Assembly: GCA_964019425.1 (NCBI GenBank)
Contig: OZ025788.1
Location: 1,426,001-1,490,000 of the forward strand
Reading direction: 5' to 3'
From: Flectonema sp. DT1601
Lineage: Eukaryota
DNA length: 64,000 nt
Shown: positions 22,469 to 34,965 of the stretch, one piece after another
Layout: each line of letters opens with the position of its first letter
How positions within the stretch are numbered: the first letter of the stretch is position 1
The notes under the pieces: generated by a model
Seen by the model: only the letters and a program-made list of their open reading frames with translations
What the model was told of the DNA's origin: nothing
The model's database searches: none
Position numbers and translations under genes: made by a program

Positions 22469-24393
22469 TTTTCCTCCTTAATTTTTTATTTCTCTTACCC
22501 CCATAAATGGCTCCTTTAATTATGTTGAGATTGAAAATAATATGAAATTGACATGAGGCGAGTATGAACCGTTTATGGACTCTACGTGCTCATCAAGGCA
22601 TCACTTTGTTAGGCGAATTGCTCTACTTTCCCCATCCTTTCATTATTGCGTGCAAGATTAATACCGTGCTCATGTTTCTTGTGGGCGTTTTATGGTGAAT
22701 CCTTATTTATTTTTTTTTTTTTCGCTTCAAAAAATAGACCCAAGAGAATAAGGGAGTGTGTAGGATGACAAGGAGTGAGAAGACAACCACAAAATGTGAA
22801 ATTATTAGTCTTTCCCAATAGCCGTTTTAATGGCCATTCCTAATATTTTTAGGGTTAATTCTTGCTTTTTTCCCCCTCCCGGCTTTCTTTTTGTTTTCTC
22901 CAAACCACACCGTCAGTACCATTTATAAATATTGACATCACACTTTTGGGAACCGAATGATGTCCCTTTGTGTTGGAATATAAAGAAAGTGATACGGGAA
23001 TTCCTTCTGGGATTACCTGTCGTTTTTTTAACAGGAGAAAAAAAAAAAACAAAAAAAATTCTCAACCTTCTTCTCCTTGTGATTAGTTTTAGATCATCAC
23101 TCGAGTCCCACTCCCGACAGTTATTATTATTATTATTATGTTACCATGTTAACCTGTTGTGTTTAGGTTGTCAATTACTTACACGGAACGGTGGATTTTA
23201 TTTTTATTTCGTTCAGTCTCTCTCCCGAGTGAAGATCCTTAATTCTTTTTATTTCCCATCTCGAAGACATGTTTTACCAGCGAAAAGAAAATTGCGCATG
23301 TTGATTCTCTTTTTTTTTTTTCTTTTTTTTTCTCAACGTTGCATCAAACATAAGAAGACATTTGATCAGAAGAAGAGTATTCTGTCAATCTGTCGATTTG
23401 ATCATATTTTAGAATGAAGTAAGATACGTTAATATTTCTAAAGTCTTTTCGGATGTTGAAAATTTATTAGTTTTTATTTTATTAATTAGTCTCTCGTCGT
23501 AACCGACTAATACAAAAAAAAACATCCATCAGGGTAGGCCACACTACTTATAAGAAAAGGTTCTTACGAACCTTCGGAGTGGTATTCAGAAGTGACCTGT
23601 CTTTGTCTCAAAGGCCTAGATTCTTTATTTTATATAAAAAACTGTTGCTGTTTTCCCTTTTTCCCCATCCTCACAACTACATTGGATCTGAATAAAAATT
23701 CATCCGATGCTACAGTTTGGTTTTATCAAAATAATATAATAAATGGGACCTTCTTTATCAGTCAAAACGATTTATTAATCGATGACAAATAATATGATAA
23801 AAATGAGATACGTATTCCGATACACTAATTATAGCTCATAGTATACAGCAATGTTGAATTAACTTAACTGATGATAATAAAGTTCTGGACTTTGCTCCCG
23901 TTATTTTTGTTTGATTTCCTTGCGATTTCTTTTAATTGATTTAATGTTTTTATAATACTTTGCTTGTCTTGTTGTGAGGGCGTTGTATTGTATGCATGTT
24001 GTCATTGTGAATGGAATTAAGAAACCGACGAAAAAGTCGAAAGAAAAAAAAGAAATTATTCAGATTAAGAGCCGTTTTATTTATTATGTCAAGAAATGTT
24101 ATCTATTTTCTTTTTTTCCCTGTGCTCCAGTAATACTGTTTGCGATCAATTAAATATAAGGTTTTTATCTGAAGAGTCTTTCTTTTGACACCACCTACTC
24201 CTACTCCTGACTGGATACGTTGCTTTTTATAATCCCTCGCAAATAAGTAATTTGTTATCTACACACGCAAAGATTTTATATTTAAAAAAAAAAAAAAAAA
24301 ATTAATAAAAAAACAACAACATTGGAGTGATAAGATGTGATGTTCTTATTCTTATTTATTGTTAACACTAGGTCAGGGGGTAGGTAGAAATAA

Positions 24394-25375
24394 ATGATGA
24401 AGCAAACTTTTCCGCAGCTGTTTATGTCGGGAGGGATGCGGCCGAAGAACCCCTTCCGTGTGTTATTTTATTTTTTTGTTATAATCTCTTAGATGCTTTC
24501 TTCTTTGATGGAAATATATTCAAAACAACCTCACAGGATCTGTTGATTTCCCAAAAGTATACAAACGATCACACGAGAAATATTCACCTCACAGAATGAA
24601 CAACAGTTTCTACTCACAGCTTCCAAGAATTGAATCAGAGGTATGCATGAAAACTATTATTGTCACTAATAGTCATAAGATGTGATTGGAATAATAAAAA
24701 CAGTACTCCGGTAAATATGCCCGTCCTCATTACAGTCTTGAAGGTCACGGAATGTACAACATAAACGGTTTGAAATGGCCTAAAAAGCTAGTTCAACGTG
24801 GTAGGTGGGGTTGGAACTCAGTCGCTAAAGACGATGCCTATGTCAGTAAGATACTTCTTGAAGAGAAGAGGTACGAGACTGGAGAAGCTGTAAAACCACT
24901 GGGTGAGATGTGGCCGGAAACAATAATGCAAACCTGGTTTGGTAAGAGAGTTGAACTGAGAAGAACTCTCACGTGGGCGGAAAAGATTACAAGTCACAGA
25001 ATATTCCCTCACATTCATGGTTGGAATAAAGATGCTGATCCTAAAACAGTTTATTCAGAGTTACTTGACCACCAATTTCAACCAGCCATTGACCGTGACG
25101 CCTTATCACTAATGGAATCTTATGGAGGAGTTGATCAGTGGGTGTTACAAAATGATCCTTTATTCCTCACCTCTTGGGAGATGGAAATCCTCCGAAATTA
25201 CTTCCTCGTAAGACGAATGGAGTTGGATAAGAATCATGTGATGGAAGAACAAGCAACTGATCTCGCTGATCATATTGTCAACCTTCTTCGTGTCAGACGA
25301 TCAAAACAAATATCGAACTCCAAGACAGAGCCGTCTGAATTGATTGATGAGAATAAACAACCGCAACCGGCGTAG
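24394..25375 (+). CDS. MRPL28: Mitochondrial ribosomal protein bL28m-like; exons 24394-24457, 24537-24640, 24704-25375
   Basis: L28-like VYSELLD...DALSLMESYGGVDQWVL. Introns 24458-24536 and 24641-24703 give one open frame starting MMKQTFPQLFMSGGMRPKNPFRSVDF. Confidence 0.68.
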
Positions 25376-25984
25376 TAGAGACTTCAGATGTTTGCGGGGA
25401 AACAATTAACTTGTTAGTCAGATTGCGTGACTTTTGATCCTTTAAAAGGACGCAACTTGACGAAGGACCTGCAAACCGACAGCACTGACCTGAAATCAGA
25501 TTGAAGTCACCAACTGAGAGTATTCGAAGATCTCTCTCTGATGAGACTCTAAGAAAACCAACTACAGATGTGTAGCATGCAGGCAATAGTTTTTTAAAAG
25601 AACGGATGAAATAAAAGTGTTTTTCGATCTACTTCGAGTAGCAGTTTTCTTAAAGCTTTACGTAAAGGTGAAAATGGTTATCATTTTCTTTCTTCGGTTG
25701 TTTTGTTTTCTTTTATTTATTTCAACTCATATCACTTCAGGTCGTATGCAGCAGCGGGTATGGTTAAAAAGGAAAGTTTCAAAAAGAACAAAAGATGCTT
25801 TTGAACGATGTAAAGTGATGAGATACCTTTCCGTCTGTTCATTTCATATCCGGGGGTTTGATGGTCACTCCAGTTGTGAAGAACATCAGATGTGATGGAA
25901 ATCCTGAAATGAGTTGACGGAGCATTCGATTGATAATATAATGAAACTTTGAAACAATTCTTGCGTTCTTCAGACAACAAACAC

Positions 25985-27446
25985 ATGTCGACAGTCAGTG
26001 AGCCGCAGACGAAATACCATTTTCTTCCCTTTGTCAAATGCACAGATCACTTGATATATATAGGTCTTGCAGTATTTATTCTTTTAGGGGCTGTAGCTGT
26101 AGCCTGGGATAAGACTGATTCTGAGATAGGCAGCACGATTGCGCTTGGGGCAGCCACAGTTGTCATGATTTTCGTAATGATGGTGTTGGTCTATCTACCA
26201 ATAAATCGTATCGCTGTGGAAAGCTTAGCACATTTCTATGAAATAAAATGGGAAGCACTCCAAGTGAACAAACAACAAATGGATGACACAATTATGCGAG
26301 ACGCTGTTACAAATATGCGGCAGGTCAAATTCAATATTCCTGAGAAAGTCTTTCCTCGTAAAGAAACTAATTCCATCAAGCAACATCTCGATAACTTTAG
26401 CATTAAACCCAGATGTATGATCGTTACCGGATCCCCAGGAGTAGGGAAGACAATCACAATCAAGCAGGCACTTAATGAGAGGAAAGGAGTCATTCATATC
26501 AATGGAGAGATCGAATCGAGTGACCAAGTGAATCATGAATGGTTTAAGTCACTCATCCTCGAAGAGCTTGGAGCAAAAGGAACTTCGCTGTCGTTTAAAA
26601 AATTTCTTAAAATCCTCTCTGAAGAATGTCGGAATGATCCGTTTGTGAAATCATTTGTGATCTATGCCGATATGAAAGTAAATGGGAAAACAAGCGCTGA
26701 AGACCTTCAATTGATTGGGAGCAGTATTGGGTCATTTGGACGCGTTCTTTCAGAACTACAGTGTCCGTTCATAATGGAAATCAGCAACTCTCATATTTCA
26801 GACTCCATCATCAACTCAAGGGATCTCAGTGGTATCTTCAAAGAGGTTCGCGTTCATATGACACTGGAGGAATTTTCCTTGTGCTGTTACGCGGAGATTA
26901 AAGACGAATACAACGACATTATCTTCGCTCAAGACACGACAATTAATTCAGAAGAATATCTTAACGAGTGCAAAGATGCTCTGACGGAATGGTACTTCAT
27001 GGTTGGAAACAACCCCCGCGAACTTAGTTCCGTACTGGAGAGAGTGAAGGAGTCAAAGGGTGGGCAGAAGCAGTTTCATAAAAGTATGTTTTTGAGAGTG
27101 GGGACGCGAAGGTCGCGTAAATGGGTAACAAAACAAAACATAAATAACAACAGAAACTAAGTCATTCCACAGAACATTAACGAGCTCAGTTGTAAGTCTG
27201 TGTCAGAAAAGTAAGGATTTCTTAGAAAAGGTTGCACGGGCGGGGCCAACTGGATACGTTCCAGAAAACAAGGAGGAACTTAAAACAGTGGAAGCCCTCC
27301 TCCTCCACCCGGAACCCGTCATCCGCTATAATGAAGGTGAGGTATCCCTTTGTGAGGTGTCTCACGCCTTTTACTTGATGAGCAACGAACAGTCCGAGTC
27401 GCACAGCGTTATTGAAGAAATGAAGCAGTGCGGGTGGGGTAAATGA
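25985..27446 (+). CDS. TM-anchored P-loop NTPase, copy 1 (intact; intron 27084-27153)
   Basis: Two N-terminal hydrophobic helices, Walker A GSPGVGKT, Walker-B-like FVIYAD, VGNNPR. GTATGT...AACAACAG intron; exon 2 open to CGWGK*. Confidence 0.85.
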
Positions 27447-28250
27447 TTCTAGTATTCCTGCTGCCGCTGTCCTGTCTAAGTCTGTTGTATCATACTTCTC
27501 ACACCTGAAAGAAACTCGTTCCCCATTTCTGTTTTGAATAAATATAAATTAAATTCTCAATCCCGTACCACTGTGAGGGTGGGGTGCCTTAATGGGTTGA
27601 TTATATTATTGGGAAAACCTCTAATTCCACGCAAATGTTACTGAAGTTCGATCTCACCATAAAAGTTTCCGAAATGGATAGCAAAATAATTTTCCCCCCC
27701 CTTTTTTTCTCCGTTGCCTGCACCCAAAAAAACTTTTCGCAAGTTAACAACTTTCGTAAAATTGCTGTGGTAGTTTCATTTTCGCTGTTCAGTAAACGGA
27801 AAAGGTTTTTCTTTCGCTATTCACTGAAAGTGATATTTGGGTTTTTCGCTGTTCGGTAGGAGAACAAAGTTTTTCTTCGTTCCCAAATACACCTAGCTGA
27901 GATGGGTTGGTTCTCAACCAGGGAAAAGGGTAATTAAAGGTAAGGCAGGTGCTGTAATTAATACGTGCAGGTCCTGAATCAACCTCTTAGTACTCCCTTT
28001 TCAAAAGGTGACGTAATAATATATACTAGTAGCTCGCTAATCAAGTGAAAGTCAGTAGCGGAGTAGTTCGGCTGATTGAATCTTTAGAAAAGTGTTCCGT
28101 GGGCTACTTTCGCAGAAACTCCGAAAGGACAGTACTGTGTGGCTCAGTGAGGTGATCTCAGACTTGAGAACATTAAATGGTTTCGCCACTCCACAGCTAT
28201 TCATGTCAAGCCCTAGGCCCCTGATCATGCATACTTGGTTTTTGCGCTCA

Positions 28251-28760
28251 ACCATAATCAAGCAGGCACTTAATGAGAGGAAAGGAGTCATTCATATCAA
28301 TGGAGAGATCGAATCGAGTGACCAAGTGAATGATGAATGGTTTAAGTCACTCATCCTCGAAGAGCTTGGAGCAAAAGGAACTTGCTGTCGTTTAAAAAAT
28401 TTCTTAAAATCCTCTCTGAAGAATGTCGGAATAGTAAGTTTGTGATCTATGCCGATATGAAAGTAAATGGGACAATAAGCGCTGAAGACCTTCAATTGAT
28501 TGGGAGCAGTATTGGGTCATTTGGACGCTTACTTTCAGAACTACAGTGTCCGTTCATAATAGAAATCAGCAACTCTCATATTTCAGACTCCATCATCAAC
28601 TCAAGGGATCTCAGTGGTATCTTCAAAGAGGTTCGCGTTCATATGACACTGGAGGAATTTTCCTTGTGCTGTTACGCGGAGATGAAATACATTAACCTCA
28701 CTAAATACGCGACAATTCATTTCAAAGAATTTCTTAAGTGCGCGGCGAAATGGTACTTCG
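28251..28760 (+). pseudogene. Internal fragment of the NTPase family (copy 2), starting just after Walker A, with a 1-nt frameshift near 28383
   Basis: Near-identical to copies 1 and 7 from ACCATAATCAAGCAGGCAC to TGGTACTTC; unrelated flanks. Confidence 0.85.
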
Positions 28761-28802
28761 TGGTCAGTAAGATGAAGAATTCGTTGAATACGACTTCTCG
28801 CG

Positions 28803-29357
28803 TTGGCAGACACGCTCCACAACAAAAGTCTTGCAGTTTCTGAGAGTAACTTCTTTCAGGAACATTACACTGCCCGCGTGAAACAGCTGGAGTATTGTTT
28901 CATGCAAAGATTAGATCCAGCCAATCTCAGAAGGGAAAACAAGAAGAAGGATTCGGACACTTACTGGTTGAAACTGAATCTTGGCCACAAAGCATTAGAT
29001 CGTATTGGTCTTGACGCTGTTCTTAGATGTGATGAAGTTAAAGCAACCTGTCCTTGTCTAAGAACTCTTGAAAGAACACGCATCTGTAACAAACTTGGAA
29101 CAACAGTTGGTGATATCGTCTTAAATGCATCTTCACCAGGCATCAATTCAGACTCCCCGATTCAATCTATTTGCAATTGCAGTATTCAAGAACTGAATAG
29201 TTTAAAATACGACGACCATTCTTGCGGACTCGCTACTGATTTGCCAGTCTCAGAAGAACTAGAGACTTTGCGTTTACTTCAAGAGCAGCTACAAAGTGAT
29301 TCTTGTGAACGCATCACATCAGACCAATCAATTCTGCTAACAATTTTGCAGAAATGA
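28803..29357 (+). other. ORF of unknown function, possibly a decayed non-LTR retroelement C-terminal Cys-rich region
   Basis: WLKLNLGHKALDRIGL...RC...CPCL...R spacing resembles post-RT zinc-binding regions by eye only; non-ATG start. Confidence 0.25.
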
Positions 29358-30033
29358 GTACTTTTCTTTTACTACTCTCTACCTTTCTTATTCTCACTTT
29401 TCTGTTCTAAAATTAATGATACTAACATAATCCACCATCTTTTTTATTATATATTTCCAAAATTGTTCCAAATTTTTTATACACTATGTTTTTTATAATT
29501 ACAGTATTTATAAAAAAAGAGATGTCTGGAAGGTACCCTCCTTCGTCGTCATCCTCGTCTTCGTCATGTTCTCAGGAAGCGTTCGTTGAGTGAGCAGTCG
29601 CTGCGTTCGTCGGGAAATACATCGAGCTCTGGTTCCAGCAGCTGCTCTCTTTTCTGCGAGGCCTGTATTTGCGGATGCCCTCAGCAGGTTTTTACTTGCC
29701 CATGTTAAGTCTCAGCAACGCACCGGGCGAAGAATCGAAGAAAGATCCGGTGGAAAGTTATTAATCAAACATTGGAAAGTTTGATTTAATAACTTTGCAT
29801 TTGTAATCCAAGAAGGGGATATACCCATCCGAGAGTTTTAGCGCCGCCTCCAAAAATTACTCATCTCAGCGAACTGAAGAATCGTATTGAGAATATGAAC
29901 CTTCCATACGATGGATATTATACAACACCTGAACAAAATTACCATCAACTTCTGACGAGTCTTTCATTTGATTAATCATTTCCGTCAACATTAAAGTTAA
30001 TTCTTTTCTTATTTCTTAACAGCTAGCAGAAGG

Positions 30034-30255
30034 ATGTCGTCTACTACTGCAGGGGTTGCGTTCCTCGCCTCAACAGGAGCTATGATGTGGGAGATGAATA
30101 CAATTTTAGGATTCAACGACAACAGACAGAAAGTTGTCCTCGCTAAGATGCTTCCAATAAAAGTGAGAAAAGATGTTAAAATTATGAATTCCGCATTAAA
30201 ACCAATTAGAAAGATGGATAATATTAGAATTGGTATCCCACTGAAGTCACTTTAA
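30034..30255 (+). CDS. Small hypothetical protein, 73 aa
   Basis: ATG about 12 nt after a TTAACAG acceptor-like site; hydrophobic N-terminus, basic C-terminus. Confidence 0.5.
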   Translation: MSSTTAGVAFLASTGAMMWEMNTILGFNDNRQKVVLAKMLPIKVRKDVKIMNSALKPIRKMDNIRIGIPLKSL

Positions 30256-30711
30256 GTCAATCTCTAGTAGTGTACGACTACAGTCAGTAATGATGAATGG
30301 CCGCACCTCGTTGGAAGGAAATGGTGAGGATGCCAGCAATACTTCGATATGAAGACAAACGACTGCAGACAAGGCGGATAATATTTTCACTTCCTTGTCC
30401 ACAATCTGTTTTGCGGATTTAATTAGCTGACTTACCATACCTGACAGAGAACACTACAACAGAGCAGGTGTCAACACATGAGTTTGCTTTTAACTTGATG
30501 AGAATACTGTTCTCGCAATCACCTTTTACACCGCCATCGTTTTACTTGTTGTTTTTGTTAATTGGAGGTGTTGTTCTTTAATTTTAATTATTGCAACACA
30601 AACCTGAAATGTATTAATGTAAGATACGCATTGATTAGTAATAATTGTACTAATTAATGTACTGAATCTGTTTTAATGAACACACTTCCCAAACAGAACT
30701 TTGCTAACAAT

Positions 30712-31287
30712 ATGGATAATGCACCTGACCCGGAAGAGATTGGCAGAGCTGGCTGGACGGTATTACACACCATGGCTGCGGCTTACCCAGAGCGGCCAAC
30801 AGAAGAGCAAAAGGATCGAGTGTGGGGATTCTTAAATGGATGGAGTCACATATATCCATGTACTCATTGTGCTGCACACATGAGACTTGATATGAAGAAA
30901 CATCCTCCAGCAGTTGAGTCAAAAGAGGAACTAAATATGTGGGTGTGTAAACTTCATAATAAGGTAAATGATGTTTTGGGCAAGGATAAATTTCCGTGTG
31001 AGTTGGACAAGCTTTTGCAGCGCTGGCATCCAACTTATCCAGAAATAGCTGGAACAGAACAGTCAGGTGGTGTTGGTGATCTCCCACCTCGTCGCGGGGG
31101 ACTCCCACAAGCAGCAGCTCCAACTGAAAAGTCATCTTCCGGATGGTTTTCATTTGGTAGTAAGAAACCTCCTGCAGTTGAACCAGCAGCTTCCCCCATC
31201 GCTGATGACCTCGTCATCAAGTCGATGATGGATATGACCTGCTCGGCATTCTGTCCGAAGGATTCAAAGAAGTCTCTGGACGTTTAA
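30712..31287 (+). CDS. ERV1: Erv1/ALR FAD-linked sulfhydryl oxidase with C-terminal CxxxC arm
   Basis: GRAGWTVLHTMAAAYP, YPCTHCA, WVCKLHNKVN, terminal CSAFC; ATG follows an AAACAG acceptor ending at 30696. Confidence 0.92.
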   Translation: MDNAPDPEEIGRAGWTVLHTMAAAYPERPTEEQKDRVWGFLNGWSHIYPCTHCAAHMRLDMKKHPPAVESKEELNMWVCKLHNKVNDVLGKDKFPCELDKLLQRWHPTYPEIAGTEQSGGVGDLPPRRGGLPQAAAPTEKSSSGWFSFGSKKPPAVEPAASPIADDLVIKSMMDMTCSAFCPKDSKKSLDV

Positions 31288-31871
31288 CTTCTCAATCTTT
31301 CTTACTCGACACTCATTGCGATGGCAGTGATGGGTAAGAAGGGACTCTGTTGACACAACACTACTGTCGTAGTGTTCTACATCAACATCCACAGTTAGAA
31401 GACAAACCAAAACATACCACAAATACCATTCCGCCAGAGCATCTTTACACTTTGTCAATATTTTGAAAAGCTAACTTGCTTGTTTGGGCTGAAGGTTCTG
31501 CCGTTCTCTTTCTCTGTTATTCGAAACACGTTATGACATCACAGTAATGAATTGGCGGTGAGGGAGACTTCTACAGAGACTACTTCATCACTCGACACTG
31601 ATGAGGAGGTTCATTCATGGTAGTTGTTACTGAAATGAAGACTTTATTATTTTTGCGGCTCCACTTCCTAACTACGTTCTGTCTGAGGTACAGCCATCTT
31701 GTCACCTGACGAGATCACTGACGCGGACTCTTCTCTGTTTCAGCCGCTTAATCAAATCCGTGAGAAGGTTGCTCAGTTGCGACCCCCTTTTATGATTGGC
31801 TGATGCCGATAGTTGTGATTTCGTTTCTTTATTTGTCGAATAATAATTATTACTCACAGGTACTTATTTAG

Positions 31872-32303
31872 ATGTCGAACAGTGTTAACCGTAGTGATTC
31901 TATTATCAGTTTCAATGAAGGTACTGAAACTGTCGCTGAGTGCCTCAATGATGGGTCATTGCAGAAGTTCGCTATTCGTTTTGATTTTCTTGCGAGCCCT
32001 TGGCTTCTTTGTTTATTAGCTGTTTCCGCAGGTGCAGTGGCAGTAGCCTGGTGGCAGACTGATCCTAGCACGGGCAGCTCCTTGGCCAAAGTATTTTGTG
32101 GTTTGGTGGGTATCTCACTACCCACCCTTCTGATTTCTTATCAAAAATATAAAGTCCTTGTACGCAATGCAAGTTCCAATGAGCAGGGAAATAAGTTGAG
32201 AGAGATAGAATTCCATCAGAAGGAAGAGCACCATACCCAAAATATTTTAGGGAATCAACAACGAAAGGAGCAGCATGCTTTAGTCACCACTTTTTGTGAA
32301 TGA
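31872..32303 (+). CDS. Divergent relative of the NTPase N-terminal TM module (truncated or pseudogenic)
   Basis: GAVAVAWWQTDPSTGS matches GAVAVAWDKTDSEIGS; two hydrophobic helices; acceptor CTCACAG upstream. Confidence 0.6.
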   Translation: MSNSVNRSDSIISFNEGTETVAECLNDGSLQKFAIRFDFLASPWLLCLLAVSAGAVAVAWWQTDPSTGSSLAKVFCGLVGISLPTLLISYQKYKVLVRNASSNEQGNKLREIEFHQKEEHHTQNILGNQQRKEQHALVTTFCE

Positions 32304-32606
32304 ATCTCCTGGTTTCTTTTTACCCAATTAGAAAATCCAAAGACAAGTTCAATTCTGGGTGACGATGTTTCCTTTTTCTTTTGTCACGATAATTAGATTA
32401 CTCTTTTGTGAGAGAGAGGAAGGCGTGATATTATTTTGATGCTAATTCTACCATTTATGAATTCTGGAGCAGTAGACGTGTTCAAATACTTGTTAGTGTT
32501 CGATGATTAAGCTTCCCTCTCTTTAAGAGGGAACAACTAGTAAAATATTTTGTACGCATCAACTGAGTGGTAACATGTTTCACTTACATCTGGTTAGCTT
32601 AGGTCT

Positions 32607-33328
32607 GAGCAAAAGGAACTTCACCGTCGTTTGAAAAGTTTATGGAGCAGAATTGGATCATTTGGACGCTTACTTTCAGAACTACAGTGTCCGTTCATAA
32701 TAGAAATCAGCAACTCTCATATTTCAGACTCCATCATCAACTCAAGGGATCTCAGTGGTATCTTCAAAGAGGTTCGCGTTCATATGACACTGGAGGAATT
32801 TTCCTTGTGCTGTTACGCGGAGATTAAAGACGAATACAACGACATTATCTTCGCTCAAGGCACGACAATTAATTCAGAAGAATATCTTAACGAGTGCAAA
32901 GATGCTCTGACGGAATGGTACTTCATGGTTGGAAACAACCCCCGCAAACTTAGTTCCGTACTGGAGAGAGTGAAGGAGTCAGAGGGTGGGCAGAAGCAGT
33001 TTCATAAAAGTATGTTTTTGAGAGTGGGGACGCGAAGGTCGCGTAAATGGGTAACAAAACAAAACATAAATAACTACAGAAACTAAGGCATTACACAGGG
33101 CATCAACGAGCTCAGTTGTAAGTCTGTCTCAGAAAAGTAAAGATCATCGCCGTTTCAGAGAAGGTTGCACGGGCGGGGCCAACTGGATACGTTCCAGAAA
33201 ATAAGGAACTCAAAACGATGAATGCACTCCTCCTCCTCCACACAGAACCCGTCATACGGTATAATGAAGGTGAAGCCGATTTGAAAAGCGTTATTAAAAA
33301 AATGAAGCAGTGCGGGTGGGGTAAATGA
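32607..33328 (+). pseudogene. 3' half of the NTPase family (copy 3) with internal deletions; intron 33010-33079
   Basis: Lacks TMs and Walker A; deletion at ~32643; exon 2 lacks the VSLCEVSH...EQS block. Confidence 0.85.
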
Positions 33329-33390
33329 TTCTAGTATTCCTGCTGCCACTGTCTTGTCTAAGTCTGTTGTATCATACTTCTCACCCCTGA

Positions 33391-34965
33391 AAGAGACTCG
33401 TTCCCCATTTCTGTTTTGAATAAATATAAATTAAATTCTCAATCCCGTACGACACTAATGTTGAGTTATTGTTTTTCACATTTTCGTCACTTTCAATAAT
33501 TAGAGGCGCGATCTAACGTTAAACTGCTACTCTCGTCAAGATCTACTTGAAGGCTTTCAAGCGGTTTATGCGAAAGGTTCCGTTCTTTGACTTGGAAGTT
33601 GACGCGGCAATTTTTTATTTTTTCCCTTTCTTCCCTTCTTTTTTCCCTCCACAAACTAAAATATTGAATAGGAGAAACATATCGTTGCGTAACTTGCCTA
33701 CTAAATAGCCGGCTCAAGGGAGCGAGGTCAACCGAGAAGATAAAAAAGAAGCAATATGCGAGATGTTCTCCACTAGTGTGATTCGAACTAGAAATATTTT
33801 ATTTATTATTTTTTAATTATTTTTACAAAAAATAGCTTTTCCCCTTTAATTTTTATTTGATTTTGAAGTGTGTAAAAAAGTACTAGTTTTAAGCTGTAAC
33901 GGGCTACAGGCATGGGGCGTGGCCCCTCGAATTCCCATATTCAACAGCACATATGAGATTTATAGATACCAACTGTTTCACTTTTTATTGCAACTAGGTT
34001 TGGCCGAACCTGATACCAGTTTCAAGTTGCTTTATATCTAATCATGGTATCAAGTTACCTCCACAAACTAAAACTCTCCCTCTGCTTTTGCCCGACCTAA
34101 GTCTTTTACTTTCTTCTTCTTCACACGCTGTCAGTTTCAGCTTTCTATGCAGAATCCTGTTCCACTTTGATGTGTTTTGGAAGAGCTAAACTAAGTGACA
34201 AGGTTTCACTAACAGATCTTTGGTCAGCATCTCAGGCTTTTTGCCGAGGGCGGGGTGGGGTCGCAAGCAATATACCCGATGTCCCCACCCGATGTCCCCA
34301 CCCGATGTCCCCACCCGATGTCCCCACCCGATGTCCCCCTTTCCCCCTGTGTAAGATTTACTCCAAGTGTGACTGGATGTGTACAACAAAATAGTTCGGT
34401 TTTTGTTTTTGAAACTTTTCCTTTTTAACCAGCCGCTGCATACGACCTGAAGTGATATGAGTTGAAATAAATAAAAGAAAATAAAACAACCGAAGAAAGA
34501 AAATGATAACCATTTTCTCCTTTACGAACACAGCGGCTGCCCACTCAACGAGCTGTGATGGAAATCCTGAAATGAGTTGACGGAGCATTCGATTAAGAAT
34601 AAACATTTTCTTGCGTTCTTCAGACAACAAACACATGTCGACAGTCAGTGAGCCGCAGACGAAATACCATTTTCTTCCCTTTGTCAAATGCACAGATCAC
34701 TTGATATATATAGGTCTTGCAGTATTTATTCTTTTAGGGGCTGTAGCTGTAGCCTGGGATAACACTGATTCTGAGATAGGCAGCACGATGGCGTTTGAAG
34801 CAGCCGCAGTTGTCATATTTATAGGAGTGACGGTGTTGGTCAATCTACCAAAGAATCGTATCGCTGAGGAAAAGTTAGCCGTCTCAAAATTCAGAGCAAA
34901 ATTAACAAAAGATTCTAATAAAATAAATAGGGAAGCACTCGAAAACAACCAAAAACAACAAAAGG
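33391..34965 (+). repeat. Segmental duplication, copied at ~47758-49270
   Basis: Near-identical from AGAGACTCGTTCCCC to CAACAAAAGG. Confidence 0.92.
34274..34338 (+). repeat. 13-bp tandem repeat (ACCCGATGTCCCC) x5
   Basis: Directly visible; a single unit in the paralogous block at ~48633. Confidence 0.95.

Noticed and set aside
25815..25907. Box C/D snoRNA (GTGATGA...CTGA)
   Set aside because: No terminal stem or recognisable rRNA guide; the span is broken in the inverted copies.
27158..27160. Stop-codon readthrough or frameshift in the NTPases
   Set aside because: Explained by the GT-AG intron.
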